Source: an uncultured Candidatus Rokubacteria bacterium (GTDB taxonomy: Bacteria; Methylomirabilota; Methylomirabilia; Rokubacteriales; CSP1-6). Taken from it: DNA of 64,000 nucleotides. Each line of letters starts with the position of its first letter. The stretch's first letter is position 1. The translations under genes and the position numbers were made by a program. Below are positions 49,359 to 58,364 of this stretch, piece by piece. The stretch covers positions 320,322 to 384,321 of the forward strand of contig CAVYTA010000006.1 in the NCBI GenBank assembly GCA_963771355.1, in the 5' to 3' direction. The notes under the pieces were generated by a model that was given only the letters and a program-made list of their open reading frames with translations, was not told the DNA's origin and did no database searches.

Positions 49359-49372
49359 CTCGGCCACGGCGG

Positions 49373-50342
49373 CTAGCCTTCCTTCCAGGCGCTGGCGCGG
49401 TCGAGCGACGCGCGGGCTTCCTCGTCCAGCTTCAGCGTCGACGCCACCCACCAGCTCCTTGAGCTGGCTCACCGACGTGGCGCTGGCGATGGGCGCGGTG
49501 ATGCCGGGACGATGCGCCAGCCAGGACAGCGCCACCTGGGCGGGCGTGGCGTTGAGCTTCACCGCCACCTTCTCCACCGCTTCCATGATGGCGAAGCCGC
49601 GGTCGGTCATGTAGGCCTTCTGCACGCCGGCCGCCCGCGCGGTGGTCGGGAGCTCCGCCCCGCGGCGATACTTGCCGGAGAGGAAGCCGCTGCCCAGCGA
49701 GGAGTAGGGGATGACGCCCACGCCCTGCTCGAGGCAGAGCGGCTCCAGCTCGCGCTCGTACTCGTCGCGGAAGACGAGGTTGTACTTGGGCTGCAGCGAC
49801 TCGTAGCGCGCGAAGTCGCGCTTGTCGCTTTCCCAGAGCGCGCGGGTGAGGCGCCACGCCACGTAGTTGGAGGCGCCCAGATAGCGCACCTTGCCCTGGC
49901 GCACGAGGTCGTCGAAGGCGCGGAGCGTTTCCTCGAGCGGCGTGTCGCGGTCGTCCCAGTGCGCCTGGTAGAGATCGAGATAGTCGGTCTGGAGCCGGCG
50001 GAGGGAGGCCTCGACGCCTTCCATGATGTGCTGCCGCGAGAGCCCGCTATCGTTGGGGCCCGGGCCCATGGGGCCCATGACCTTGCTGGCCATGACCACC
50101 GCGTGCCGGTTCTTGCGCGCCGCCATCCAGATGCCCAGCGCGGTCTCCGACTCGCCGCCCTTGTTGCCGGGCGCCCAGCGCGAGTAGACGTCGGCGGTGT
50201 CGATGAAGTTGCCGCCCGCCTCCATGTAGGCGTCCAGCACGATCTCCGACGCCTTCTGGTCCGTGGTCCACCCGAAGGTATTGCCGCCGAGACAGAGGGC
50301 GGCCACCTTGAGCCCGGTGCGACCCAGCTTACGCATCTCCAT
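49373..50342 (-). pseudogene. Aldo/keto reductase gene with an apparent 1-nt frameshift near 49405-49425 (the as-written reading runs on into the downstream P450)
   Basis: MEMRKLGRTGLKVAALCLGGNTFGW... is a canonical AKR N-terminus (AAGGAGA SD). The conserved AKR C-terminus ...KLDEEARASLDRASAWKEG* is encoded in the +1 frame and ends at TAG 49373-49375. The written frame instead gives DAEAGRGSPRVARPRQRLEGRLAAVAE and continues into the P450 ATG. Confidence 0.6.
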
Positions 50343-51070
50343 GAACGGTCTCCTTGATGAGCTGGTGCTCGTGCAGCGCGGACAGGATCTCATCGATCCC
50401 CGCCGACGCCCAGAGCCACCAGAAGGGCGATTGCTGGAGGGCTCCCCAGTCGCGGATGAAGCGCGGCCAGGCTTTTTCTTTGGTCTCGCCCGGCTGTGGG
50501 ACCTGCATGGCCCTCGCGAGTCGCTCCTTGTGATAGAGGCGTGGGAATTCCGTGTAGTGGTACAGGTATTCGAAGTCTCGGGTGAAGAAGGCGGCGACGG
50601 GGACGGACTGGAAGGTCTGCCCGTCTCGCTCGAAGAGGAACGCGTTCATGAGGTCGGCATTGGGCGAGTCCGCGGGATTCGCCCGCGGCTCGCGACCGAC
50701 CGTTTCCCCGTCGCGCGTGAAGATCCGGAGCTCGAGCCCCCCGGCCTCGGCCAGCCGCGCCAGCATGGGCACGTCGCGCCGGCAATCCGACGACCACTCC
50801 TCCGAGATCACCAGGATCCGCGCCGGGCCGTGGGGCTGGGCGGCCAGCCACCGGATCGCGGCGGTCTGGGCCTCGCTGAGCCGCGCGCGTTCGTACCACG
50901 CGCGCAGGGGGCCGCTGAAGTCGTGGCGCTGCGGGCCGAGCCACCAGCCCGCCTCGCGCGCGAGATTCTCGGAGCGTGCCGATGAAGTCGAGGTACTGCG
51001 CGATGGTCATCCCGCGGGCGAAGCGCTCCGGGGTGACGACGCCGCGCGCCTCCACCGCCACCGTGGTCAC
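50329..51070 (-). pseudogene. Thioredoxin-like fold protein gene (SxxC variant, EEWSSDC) with an apparent frameshift near 50955-50975
   Basis: The N-terminal part (GTG 51068-51070, VTTVAVEARGVVTPERFARGMTIAQYLDFIGT...) and the C-terminal part (...ENLAREAGWWLGPQRHDFSGPLRAWYERARLSEAQTAAIRWLAAQPHGPARILVISEEWSSDCRRDVPMLARLAEAG...) are in different frames. Both halves show coding-like GC3 and thioredoxin-like-family resemblance. Confidence 0.5.
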
Positions 51071-51474
51071 TTCCCCCGGCCGCCCTTGACCTCGAGGAGC
51101 GCGGAGAGCCCTCGATGGAAGGTAGGCGCGCCGCCCGGGATCATGCAGGTCTCCAGCACCTCGAACAGCTCCTCGCGAGTGGCGCCGAAGCGGATGGCGC
51201 GCTCCATGTGCGCGACCAGCCCGGCCTTCTCGCCTCCGCGAAAGGCCAGCAGCGCGATGGCCACGAACTCGCGCACCTTGGCGGAGACGTGCTTGCCCTC
51301 GCCGAGGCCCAGCTCGTAGATCCGGTTATAGGTCTCGACGAACTCCGGGTCCTGCCGGGCCGCGAACTCCCATTCCGGGTAGATATAGCCGCGCGCCTTC
51401 TTCATGCGCGCGATCAGCGCGTCCGCCTTCTGGGCCGTGCCATTGTCGGAGCCGATCCGCTTGCGTGTCGCCAT
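51067..51474 (-). CDS. Carboxymuconolactone decarboxylase / AhpD-like family protein
   Basis: 135 aa. CMD-family core (YPEWEFAARQDPEFVETYN...HVSAKVREFVAIALLAFRGGEKAGLVAHMERAIRFGATREEL). Its TGA overlaps the GTG of the downstream thioredoxin-like gene (GTGA). Confidence 0.75.
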   Translation of the reverse strand: MATRKRIGSDNGTAQKADALIARMKKARGYIYPEWEFAARQDPEFVETYNRIYELGLGEGKHVSAKVREFVAIALLAFRGGEKAGLVAHMERAIRFGATREELFEVLETCMIPGGAPTFHRGLSALLEVKGGRGK

Positions 51475-51525
51475 CTGAGCACCTCCTGGGCCAGACGTGT
51501 ATCATACCCGGCCGGAGGCCGTCGG

Positions 51526-52887
51526 ATGATCCTCATCGAGCATGCGGTGGTGGTGACCATGGACCCCGCGCGCCGCGTGCTTCGCGATGGCGCGGTGCTG
51601 GTGGACGGCGCGCGCATTCTCCAAGTGGACGGGTCGGATGCGGTCAGGCCGCCGCGGGCGCCGGAGCGCGTGATCGACGGCCGCGGCCGCCTCGTCCTGC
51701 CCGGCTTCGTGGATACTCATGTCCATCTGTCCGAGCATCTCTCGCGCGGTGTCATGCGGGACGAGGTGCCGGTGGACCGCTACGTGCCGGACTGGTACGT
51801 CCCGCTCTATGCCGCCCTCACCGGGGAGGAAGAGGCGGTGGCCGCCCAGCTCGCCTGCCTCGAGATGCTCCGGAGCGGCACCACCACCTTCTGCGAGGCG
51901 GGCACGCTCTTCGATGTGCCGGCGGTGGCGCGGGCGGTGGACGCGGTGGGCCTGCGCGCGGTGCTGGGCCGGTGGAGCTGGGATCTGGCGCGCGGCCCCG
52001 GCCGGCTGACCCAGTCCACCGCGGAGGCGCTCCGGCTGACCGAGGACGCGATGACGCAGGTGAACGGGCAGGGGAGCGGGCGTGTGAGCGCCCGGCCGCT
52101 GCTGATCGGGTTCGGCACGGGATCGGAGGCCCTCATCCGGGGCGCGCATGCGCTGGCGGAGCGGCACCGCACCGGCTGGGGCATGATGCACTTCGCCTCG
52201 CATCCCTCGCGGAAGACGGCCGACACGCTGCCGCTGGCCACGCTGGACGCCTGGGGCGTGCTGGGTCCCCGCGCCAAGCTCGCGCACATGCTCTACGTGG
52301 ACGATGCGGACATCGCGCTCCTGGCCCGCCGGGGCGTGGCGGTCACGCACTGTCCGTCGGCGGCGCTCAAGCACGTGAAGGGCCTCGGCGCCCACGGGCG
52401 ATTCCCCGAGATGCTGGAGGCGGGCGTGCCGGTGTCCCTCGGGGGCGATAGCGCCAATGGCTCGAACCACTTCGACATGCTGCGCCTCATGTATCTCGCC
52501 GCGCTGGCGGCCAAGGACGCGCGGCTCGATCCGGGGGTGCTGCCGCCGGAGACGGCGCTGGAGATGGCGACGCTCCACGGCGCGCGCGGGCTCGGCCTCG
52601 AGGCGGAGATCGGCTCGCTCGAGCCCGGCAAGCGCGCCGATCTCGTGCTCTTCGACCTCGACCGGCCGGAGTGGCGGCCCCTGCTGGACCCGGTGTCGAA
52701 CCTGGTCTACAGCGCCGGCGCGGCCAGCGTGCGCTCCGTGATGATAGACGGACGGCTCGTGCTGGACGAAGGACGGGTGACGACGGTGGACGAGGGGGAG
52801 CTGCTGCGGCGGGTGGAGGCCCTCGCCGCACCCTATCTCGCGCGCGCGGGGCTGGCCGCCCGACCCAAATGGCCGATCATCGGCTGA
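51526..52887 (+). CDS. Amidohydrolase family protein (cytosine/guanine/MTA-deaminase-like metal-dependent hydrolase)
   Basis: 453 aa from MILIEHAVVVTMD... HxH metal motif (GFVDTHVHLSEH), later His and Asp ligands (HCPSA..., GGDSAN). CCGGAGG SD. Confidence 0.85.
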   Translation: MILIEHAVVVTMDPARRVLRDGAVLVDGARILQVDGSDAVRPPRAPERVIDGRGRLVLPGFVDTHVHLSEHLSRGVMRDEVPVDRYVPDWYVPLYAALTGEEEAVAAQLACLEMLRSGTTTFCEAGTLFDVPAVARAVDAVGLRAVLGRWSWDLARGPGRLTQSTAEALRLTEDAMTQVNGQGSGRVSARPLLIGFGTGSEALIRGAHALAERHRTGWGMMHFASHPSRKTADTLPLATLDAWGVLGPRAKLAHMLYVDDADIALLARRGVAVTHCPSAALKHVKGLGAHGRFPEMLEAGVPVSLGGDSANGSNHFDMLRLMYLAALAAKDARLDPGVLPPETALEMATLHGARGLGLEAEIGSLEPGKRADLVLFDLDRPEWRPLLDPVSNLVYSAGAASVRSVMIDGRLVLDEGRVTTVDEGELLRRVEALAAPYLARAGLAARPKWPIIG

Positions 52888-52917
52888 CGCCCCCTCTGCT
52901 ATAGTCCGGAGCAGCCC

Positions 52918-54168
52918 ATGTTCTCGTCCCGCTACTTCTACGGCTGGTGGGTCACGCTCGCCTTTGCCGTGATGGTCTTCGTCTCCGCGGGCGTCCGCCA
53001 CGCGGTGGGCCCCTTCCTCAAGCCCATGGTCGAGGACCTCCATGTCGATCGCGGCAGCTTCTCGCTGGTGATCGCGCTGGGCCTCTTCCTCTACGGGGCC
53101 TTCATGCCCTGGGTGGGCGGCCTCGCCGATCGATTCGGCGCCCGGATCGTCACGTCGGTCGGCTGCGTGCTGCTGGCCGCCGCGCTGGCGCTCACCGGAC
53201 AGTGCCAGAACCTCTGGCAGCTCGCCCTGGTCTATGGCGTGCTCGCCTCGCTCGGCCTCGCCGCCACCGGCCCGGTGGTCGCGAACGCCGTGATCACGCG
53301 CTGGTTCAGCCGTCGGCGCGGCACCGCGGTCTCCATTCTCGGCAGCGCGTCCATGACCGGCATGAGCCTGCTGGTGCCGGTGGTGGCCTGGCTCATCCTC
53401 ACGGTGGGCTGGCGGATGACCTATGGCCTGATCGGGGTGTTCGTCCTGGTCGTCATGCTGCCGCTCTGTCTCTTCGTGGTGCGCGACTCGCCCGAGGCGA
53501 TGGGGCTGGCGCCGGACGGGGCTCCCGCCCTCGCGGGATCCAGCGTCGCCGCGCCCGCGCAGCGGACGTCCACCGGCACCGCGCTGCGCACGGTGGCCTT
53601 CTGGCAGCTCGCGGGGTCCTTCTTCACCTGCGGCTTCTCGATGAGCCTGGTGTCCTCGCACGGCGTGCCCATGCTCACCGATCACGGCTACTCGCCCATC
53701 TTCGCCTCCTGGATCATCGGCGTGCTGGGCGCCTCGAGCATCGCCTTCACGCTCTTGCTGGGCGGGCTCTCCGATCGCTTCGGCGCCCGTCCCGTGCTGA
53801 GCGGGATCTATACCGGGCGCGCCTTCATCTTCGCGGGCCTCTTCCTCATCCGCGACAACCCGCTCGCCATCCTCGGCGTGGCCATCGCGGGCGGCCTCAC
53901 CCTGGCCGGGTCCATGTCCATGACCTCCATGCTGACGGCGGACATCTACGGCCGCTTCTCGGTGGGACGCATCCTCGGCGTGATCTTCCTCGTGCACCAG
54001 ACCGGCGCCGCGCTCGGCTCCTCGCTGGCGGGCGCGCTCTACGAGTCCACCGGCAGCTACGCGGCGGCCTACGTGGTGGCCTGCGCGCTCCTGCTCGCCG
54101 CCGGGGTGGTGAGCCTGCGGGTGGACAGCGGCCGGCGCACGTTCCGCTGGGCCACGAGCTTTAATTAA
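52918..54168 (+). CDS. MFS transporter (oxalate:formate antiporter-like family)
   Basis: 416 aa, 12 TM helices. MFS motif A-like (GGLADRFGAR / GGLSDRFGARP in both halves). Confidence 0.85.
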   Translation: MFSSRYFYGWWVTLAFAVMVFVSAGVRHAVGPFLKPMVEDLHVDRGSFSLVIALGLFLYGAFMPWVGGLADRFGARIVTSVGCVLLAAALALTGQCQNLWQLALVYGVLASLGLAATGPVVANAVITRWFSRRRGTAVSILGSASMTGMSLLVPVVAWLILTVGWRMTYGLIGVFVLVVMLPLCLFVVRDSPEAMGLAPDGAPALAGSSVAAPAQRTSTGTALRTVAFWQLAGSFFTCGFSMSLVSSHGVPMLTDHGYSPIFASWIIGVLGASSIAFTLLLGGLSDRFGARPVLSGIYTGRAFIFAGLFLIRDNPLAILGVAIAGGLTLAGSMSMTSMLTADIYGRFSVGRILGVIFLVHQTGAALGSSLAGALYESTGSYAAAYVVACALLLAAGVVSLRVDSGRRTFRWATSFN

Positions 54169-54171
54169 CTT

Positions 54172-54203
54172 CTGGGGGGGAGCGAGCGCCGCTCCACCCC
54201 CAG
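54172..54203. terminator. GC-rich hairpin (13-bp stem with one bulged A, CUGGGGGGGAGCG...CGCUCCACCCCCAG) between convergent genes; putative bidirectional transcription terminator
   Basis: Located between the stop of the plus-strand MFS gene (54168) and the stop of the minus-strand amidase gene (54220). Preceded by AT-rich ttaattaactt. No canonical U-tract. Confidence 0.45.
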
Positions 54204-54219
54204 GCCCCCCCACCGCTAA

Positions 54220-55470
54220 CTACTCGCGGTTGGCTCGCGCCAGCACTGCTTGTAGCAGGACGTTGACGCCGGGGACGGTGTAGTCCTCTTCTGCGTGCTC
54301 GGCCTCGTTGTGGGAGATGCCGTCGCGGCAGGGCGTGAAGATCATGGCGGTGGGCGCCACGCGCGAGATGTAGTAGGCGTCGTGCCCGGCCTGGCTCAGG
54401 ATGTCGCGGTGCCGGACGCCCAGGCGATCGGCGGCCTCCCGGATGAGCCGGACACAGCCCGGGTCGAACGTCTCGTTGCCGAACTGCCACTCGCTGGCGA
54501 TACGCATGTCCACGTTCGCGCGCCGCGCGCAGTCGGGGATGGCGGCCTTCACCTCCGCCAGCATCTGCTCGGCCACCGCCTTCTCGGCGTGGCGCACGTC
54601 GCAGGTGAGCTGGGCGTACTCGGAGAGGATGCCGGCCTTGTTGGGCCAGGCCACCAGGCGGGCCACGGTGGCCTTGCCCTCGGTGGCGTGATACTTCCAG
54701 CCGACGTCGTTGACGGCCACCGCCAGCATGGCCGCGCCCACCAGCGCATTGCGCCGACGGTCCATCGGGGTAGGGCCGGCATGCGCGGTCTCGCCCAGGA
54801 TGTCCACGTGCATGCCCCGCGTGGCGTACCCGCCGACCACGATGCCGACCGGCACCGTCTCGCGCTCGAGGATGGGCCCCTGCTCGATGTGGAGCTCGAA
54901 GTAGGCGTCGATGCTGCGCCCGCCCACCGCGGCCTTGCCGTTGTAGCCGAGGCGCTCCAGCTCGCTCCCGAACACCTTGCCGTCGTCGTCGCGCAGCCCG
55001 AGCACCCAGTCCACGTCGAACACGCCCGCGAAGGCCCCCGAGGCCACCATGGGCGGGGTGAATCGGGCGCCCTCCTCGTTGGTCCAGCACACCAGCTCCA
55101 GCGGGCGCCGAGTGCGCAGGCGGCGGTCATCGAGCGTGCGCAGCACTTCCAGACCGGCCAGGACGCCGATGATGCCGTCGTACTTTCCCCCCGCGACCTG
55201 GGTGTCGAGGTGACTGCCCATGAGCACTGGGGGCAGGTGGTCCTCCGCGCCGGGGCGGCGCGCGAAGATATTGCCCACCCGGTCCACCTGCACGGTACAG
55301 CCCACCTCGGTGCACCAGGTGATGAAGAGGTCCCGCATCTCCTTGTCGGCGTCGCTCAGCGCCAGCCGGCAGAGTCCGCCGGCCTTGCCCGGCCCGATCT
55401 CGCCCGAGCGCATCACGGTGCTCCAGAATCGGTGGCCGTCGATTGCGGCCGGGCTTCCCGTCGAGGTCAT
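54220..55470 (-). CDS. Zn-dependent amidase of the allantoate amidohydrolase / N-carbamoyl-L-amino-acid hydrolase (M20 hydantoinase-carbamoylase) family
   Basis: 416 aa from MTSTGSPAAIDGHRFW... N-terminus typical of AllC / hyuC-type enzymes (...GGLCRLALSDADKEMRDLF...). Metal ligands (GSHLDT, NEEGARF). The upstream 71 codons in the track ORF are rejected. Confidence 0.8.
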   Translation of the reverse strand: MTSTGSPAAIDGHRFWSTVMRSGEIGPGKAGGLCRLALSDADKEMRDLFITWCTEVGCTVQVDRVGNIFARRPGAEDHLPPVLMGSHLDTQVAGGKYDGIIGVLAGLEVLRTLDDRRLRTRRPLELVCWTNEEGARFTPPMVASGAFAGVFDVDWVLGLRDDDGKVFGSELERLGYNGKAAVGGRSIDAYFELHIEQGPILERETVPVGIVVGGYATRGMHVDILGETAHAGPTPMDRRRNALVGAAMLAVAVNDVGWKYHATEGKATVARLVAWPNKAGILSEYAQLTCDVRHAEKAVAEQMLAEVKAAIPDCARRANVDMRIASEWQFGNETFDPGCVRLIREAADRLGVRHRDILSQAGHDAYYISRVAPTAMIFTPCRDGISHNEAEHAEEDYTVPGVNVLLQAVLARANRE

Positions 55471-55568
55471 GACCGTGCTCCCTTGGTGCGAATCCCCGTG
55501 AAGTATCGACACGCCCGTGCTACTCACGTTATACGGCATTCGACGCTGGTTTGACGAGGAGGGTTGGC

Positions 55569-56825
55569 GTGGCGACAACCGGCAAAGCGGCGGAGCCGTC
55601 CCCCGAGACGAGGGACCGCGTGCTCGCGCGGATCGATGACGGGGAGACCGTTCGCCTCGCGTGTGATCTGATCCGCATCCCATCCTTCACGACCGAGGAG
55701 ACCGCCTGCGCGGAGTGGCTGGCGAGCTACCTGGCCGGCCAGGGCCTCGAGGTGGAGCTGCAAGAGATCGAGCCGGGCCGGAAGCAGACCATCGCCCGGC
55801 TTCGCGGGAGCGGCGGCGGCAAGTCGATCATGCTCAACGGCCACATCGACATCGACCCGCTGGCCTCCGGATGGACGCGCGATCCCTTCGACCCCTGGAT
55901 CGCGGATGGCAAGCTCTTCGGTCACGGCGTCTACAACATGAAAGCCGGCGTCGCCGCCTGCATCATGGCCGCGCTGGCGATCCAGCGCTCGGGTGTCTCG
56001 ATCCGAGGCGACGTGGTCCTGGCCTGCGTGGCGGCGGAGCTGAACGGAGGGACCGGCACGCTCCATGCCATCGAGCACGGCGCGCGCACCGACATGGCGG
56101 TGGTGGCCGAGCCCTATGGCGCCTATACCATCCTCACCAAGCACACGGGCACCATGGACGTGGTCGTGCACACCCTCGGCCGCGCCACCCACATCAGCAA
56201 GAAGGAGCAGGGCGTCGACGCCATCGTGAACATGATGCGGGCCATCGACGCGCTCTACGCGATGCGCTTCACGTCCACGCACGATCCCGATCTGCCCGGG
56301 CTCCCCCGCATGAACATCGGCTCGATCATCGGCGGGCGTGGGCGGGATCACAACCTGCGCGGCGCTTATACCGTGAGCGATTTCTGCACCGCCTACGTGA
56401 ACGTGCGCTTCAACGCGAGCCAGAGCGCCGACACCGTGGTCGCCGACATCCGGCGGACGCTGGAGGCGCTGGCCGCCGGCGACCCGCAGTTCCGGTTCGA
56501 GATCGAGTTCCCGCCCCGCCCGGAGCGCGGGCTCGGGCGGATGGCGAAGGCCGCGGTGGACGTTCCGAAGACGGAGCCGGTGGTGCAGATGGTGCATCGG
56601 AACCTCCAGCGAGTGGCGGGTCGGGCGCCGGAGCATTTCGGTGTGCGATTGCCCCAGAGCTATGCGGGCAACGACACCACCCACCTGTGGGCGGCCGGGA
56701 TCCCGTGCTGTCTCTATGGCCCGGGCGGCGGATATACGGACTATCACGACGTGCACACGTATCTCGAGGATCTCTCCGTCTGTGCCCGGGTGCTCGCGCT
56801 CACCGCGCTCGAAGCGGTGGCATGA
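55569..56825 (+). CDS. M20-family metallopeptidase / deacylase (ArgE/DapE-like)
   Basis: ~418 aa from GTG 55569, which has an AGGAGG SD 6 nt upstream. The track's TTG at 55551 is less likely. M20 metal-binding motifs (MLNGHIDIDP; DMKAGVAA). Confidence 0.8.
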   Translation: MATTGKAAEPSPETRDRVLARIDDGETVRLACDLIRIPSFTTEETACAEWLASYLAGQGLEVELQEIEPGRKQTIARLRGSGGGKSIMLNGHIDIDPLASGWTRDPFDPWIADGKLFGHGVYNMKAGVAACIMAALAIQRSGVSIRGDVVLACVAAELNGGTGTLHAIEHGARTDMAVVAEPYGAYTILTKHTGTMDVVVHTLGRATHISKKEQGVDAIVNMMRAIDALYAMRFTSTHDPDLPGLPRMNIGSIIGGRGRDHNLRGAYTVSDFCTAYVNVRFNASQSADTVVADIRRTLEALAAGDPQFRFEIEFPPRPERGLGRMAKAAVDVPKTEPVVQMVHRNLQRVAGRAPEHFGVRLPQSYAGNDTTHLWAAGIPCCLYGPGGGYTDYHDVHTYLEDLSVCARVLALTALEAVA

Positions 56826-57958
56826 CCTACGTCGACCCCTCCACCGGCCGGACGTATCCGCTCACGGAGGCGCGCTGGTGCGGCGAGGACGGCCACTATC
56901 TCAATCTCGCCCCCGCGCCCGGCCTCGGCCGCCGGGACATCGACACCGCGCGCCACTCGGTGTGGCGCTACGCGAAGGCGCTGCTGGTCGGGACCGAGGA
57001 CGCGGTGTCGCTCGGGGAGGGCTGGACGCCGCTGGTGCCCGGCGAGTGGGGCGGGGCGCCGGTCCAGTGGAAGCTCGAGTTCATGATGCCCACCGGGTCC
57101 TTCAAGGACCGCGGCATGACCGTCATGGTCTCCTATCTCAAGAGCCGCGGCATCGCGCGCGTGCTCGAGGACTCCTCCGGCAATGCGGGCGCCTCGCTGT
57201 CCGCCTATGCCGCTGCCGCCGGGCTCGCCTGTCGCATCCTCGTGCCGGAGACCGCGTCGTATCCCAAGATCGCGCAGATCGCGGCCTGCGGCGCGGACGT
57301 GGTGACGGTGAAAGGCTCGCGCCAGGACGTGGCGGAGGCGGCGCTGCGCCAGAGCGCGGAGATCTTCTACGCCAGCCACAACTGGCAGCCGTTCTTCGTG
57401 GAGGGCATGAAGACCCTGGCCTATGAGCTCTGGGAGCAGCTCGGCTTCCGCGCGCCCGACAATCTCGTGGTGCCGCTCGGCTATGGCAGCAATGTGCTGG
57501 GCGCCCAGCGCGGCTTCGACGAGCTCGCTCGCCGGAGCGAAATCGGCAAGGGCCCGCGGCTCTTCGGCGTGCAGGCGGCGAACTGCGCGCCCTACCATGC
57601 CGCCTTCGCGGCGGGAGCCGAGCGCCTGGTGCCGACCGAGATCACCGCCACGGTGGCGGAAGGGATCGCGACGGCCAAACCCACCCGCGTGGTCGAGGTG
57701 CTGCGCGCGGTGCGGGTGTCGGGCGGCGCCGTGCTGGCGGTGAGCGAGGCGGAGATCGTGGCGGCGTTGCGCGATCTCGCCCGCCGCGGGCTCTACGTGG
57801 AGCCCACCTCGGCCACCGCTGCCGCCGGGCTCACCCGCCTGCTTGCCGCCGGGCTCATCCGCCCCGACGAGAGCACCGTGCTCGTGCTCACGGGCTCTGG
57901 GCTCAAGGCCTCCGCCGTCACCGGCGAGCTGCTCGGACTCCGCGCACGCAGCGAGTAG
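56822..57958 (+). CDS. PLP-dependent threonine-synthase-family enzyme
   Basis: 378 aa. PLP lysine motif PTGSFKDRG. Fold-type II PLP enzyme architecture. ATGA overlap with the upstream M20 gene. Confidence 0.8.
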   Translation: MTYVDPSTGRTYPLTEARWCGEDGHYLNLAPAPGLGRRDIDTARHSVWRYAKALLVGTEDAVSLGEGWTPLVPGEWGGAPVQWKLEFMMPTGSFKDRGMTVMVSYLKSRGIARVLEDSSGNAGASLSAYAAAAGLACRILVPETASYPKIAQIAACGADVVTVKGSRQDVAEAALRQSAEIFYASHNWQPFFVEGMKTLAYELWEQLGFRAPDNLVVPLGYGSNVLGAQRGFDELARRSEIGKGPRLFGVQAANCAPYHAAFAAGAERLVPTEITATVAEGIATAKPTRVVEVLRAVRVSGGAVLAVSEAEIVAALRDLARRGLYVEPTSATAAAGLTRLLAAGLIRPDESTVLVLTGSGLKASAVTGELLGLRARSE

Positions 57959-58027
57959 TCCGTGCTATGACTGATCGCGCACCCCATGCGGCCGGCCCGC
58001 GACGACGCGGGCGGCAAGGAGACCCCG

Positions 58028-58336
58028 ATGGCTGACGTGCTCACCGTGGTGGCGAAGATCCGGGCGGCGAAGGGCAAGGGCGACGCGCTCGCCGCGCTGC
58101 TCAAGGAGCAGGTGGCGGCGGTGCGCAAGGCGGAGCCGGGTTGCCTGGTCTATCGGCCGCACCGGTCCACCAAGGATCCCGAGCTCTTCATCTTCTACGA
58201 GCAGTACAAGGACGACGCCGCCTTCGATCTGCACCGGAAGGCGCCGCACCTGGCCGCCTATCGCGAGCGGCGCGAGAAGGAAGGCCTCACCGAGGGGCCC
58301 GCCGAGGTGGACATCTACCGGTCCATCACCGACTGA
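58028..58336 (+). CDS. Antibiotic-biosynthesis-monooxygenase (ABM) family protein / putative quinol monooxygenase
   Basis: 102 aa from MADVLTVVAKI... AAGGAGA SD. Ferredoxin-like ABM pattern (LVYRPHRSTKDPELFIFYEQYKDDAAFDLH). Confidence 0.7.
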   Translation: MADVLTVVAKIRAAKGKGDALAALLKEQVAAVRKAEPGCLVYRPHRSTKDPELFIFYEQYKDDAAFDLHRKAPHLAAYRERREKEGLTEGPAEVDIYRSITD

Positions 58337-58364
58337 TTGGCGTCGAACTGATCGGGCGCCGCTC

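Noticed and set aside
51502-54213. 903-aa minus-strand ORF spanning the amidohydrolase and MFS genes
   Set aside because: Antisense artefact: composition-biased (R/G/A/E-rich), with no domains. The plus-strand genes have clear HxH metal motifs and 12-TM MFS structure.
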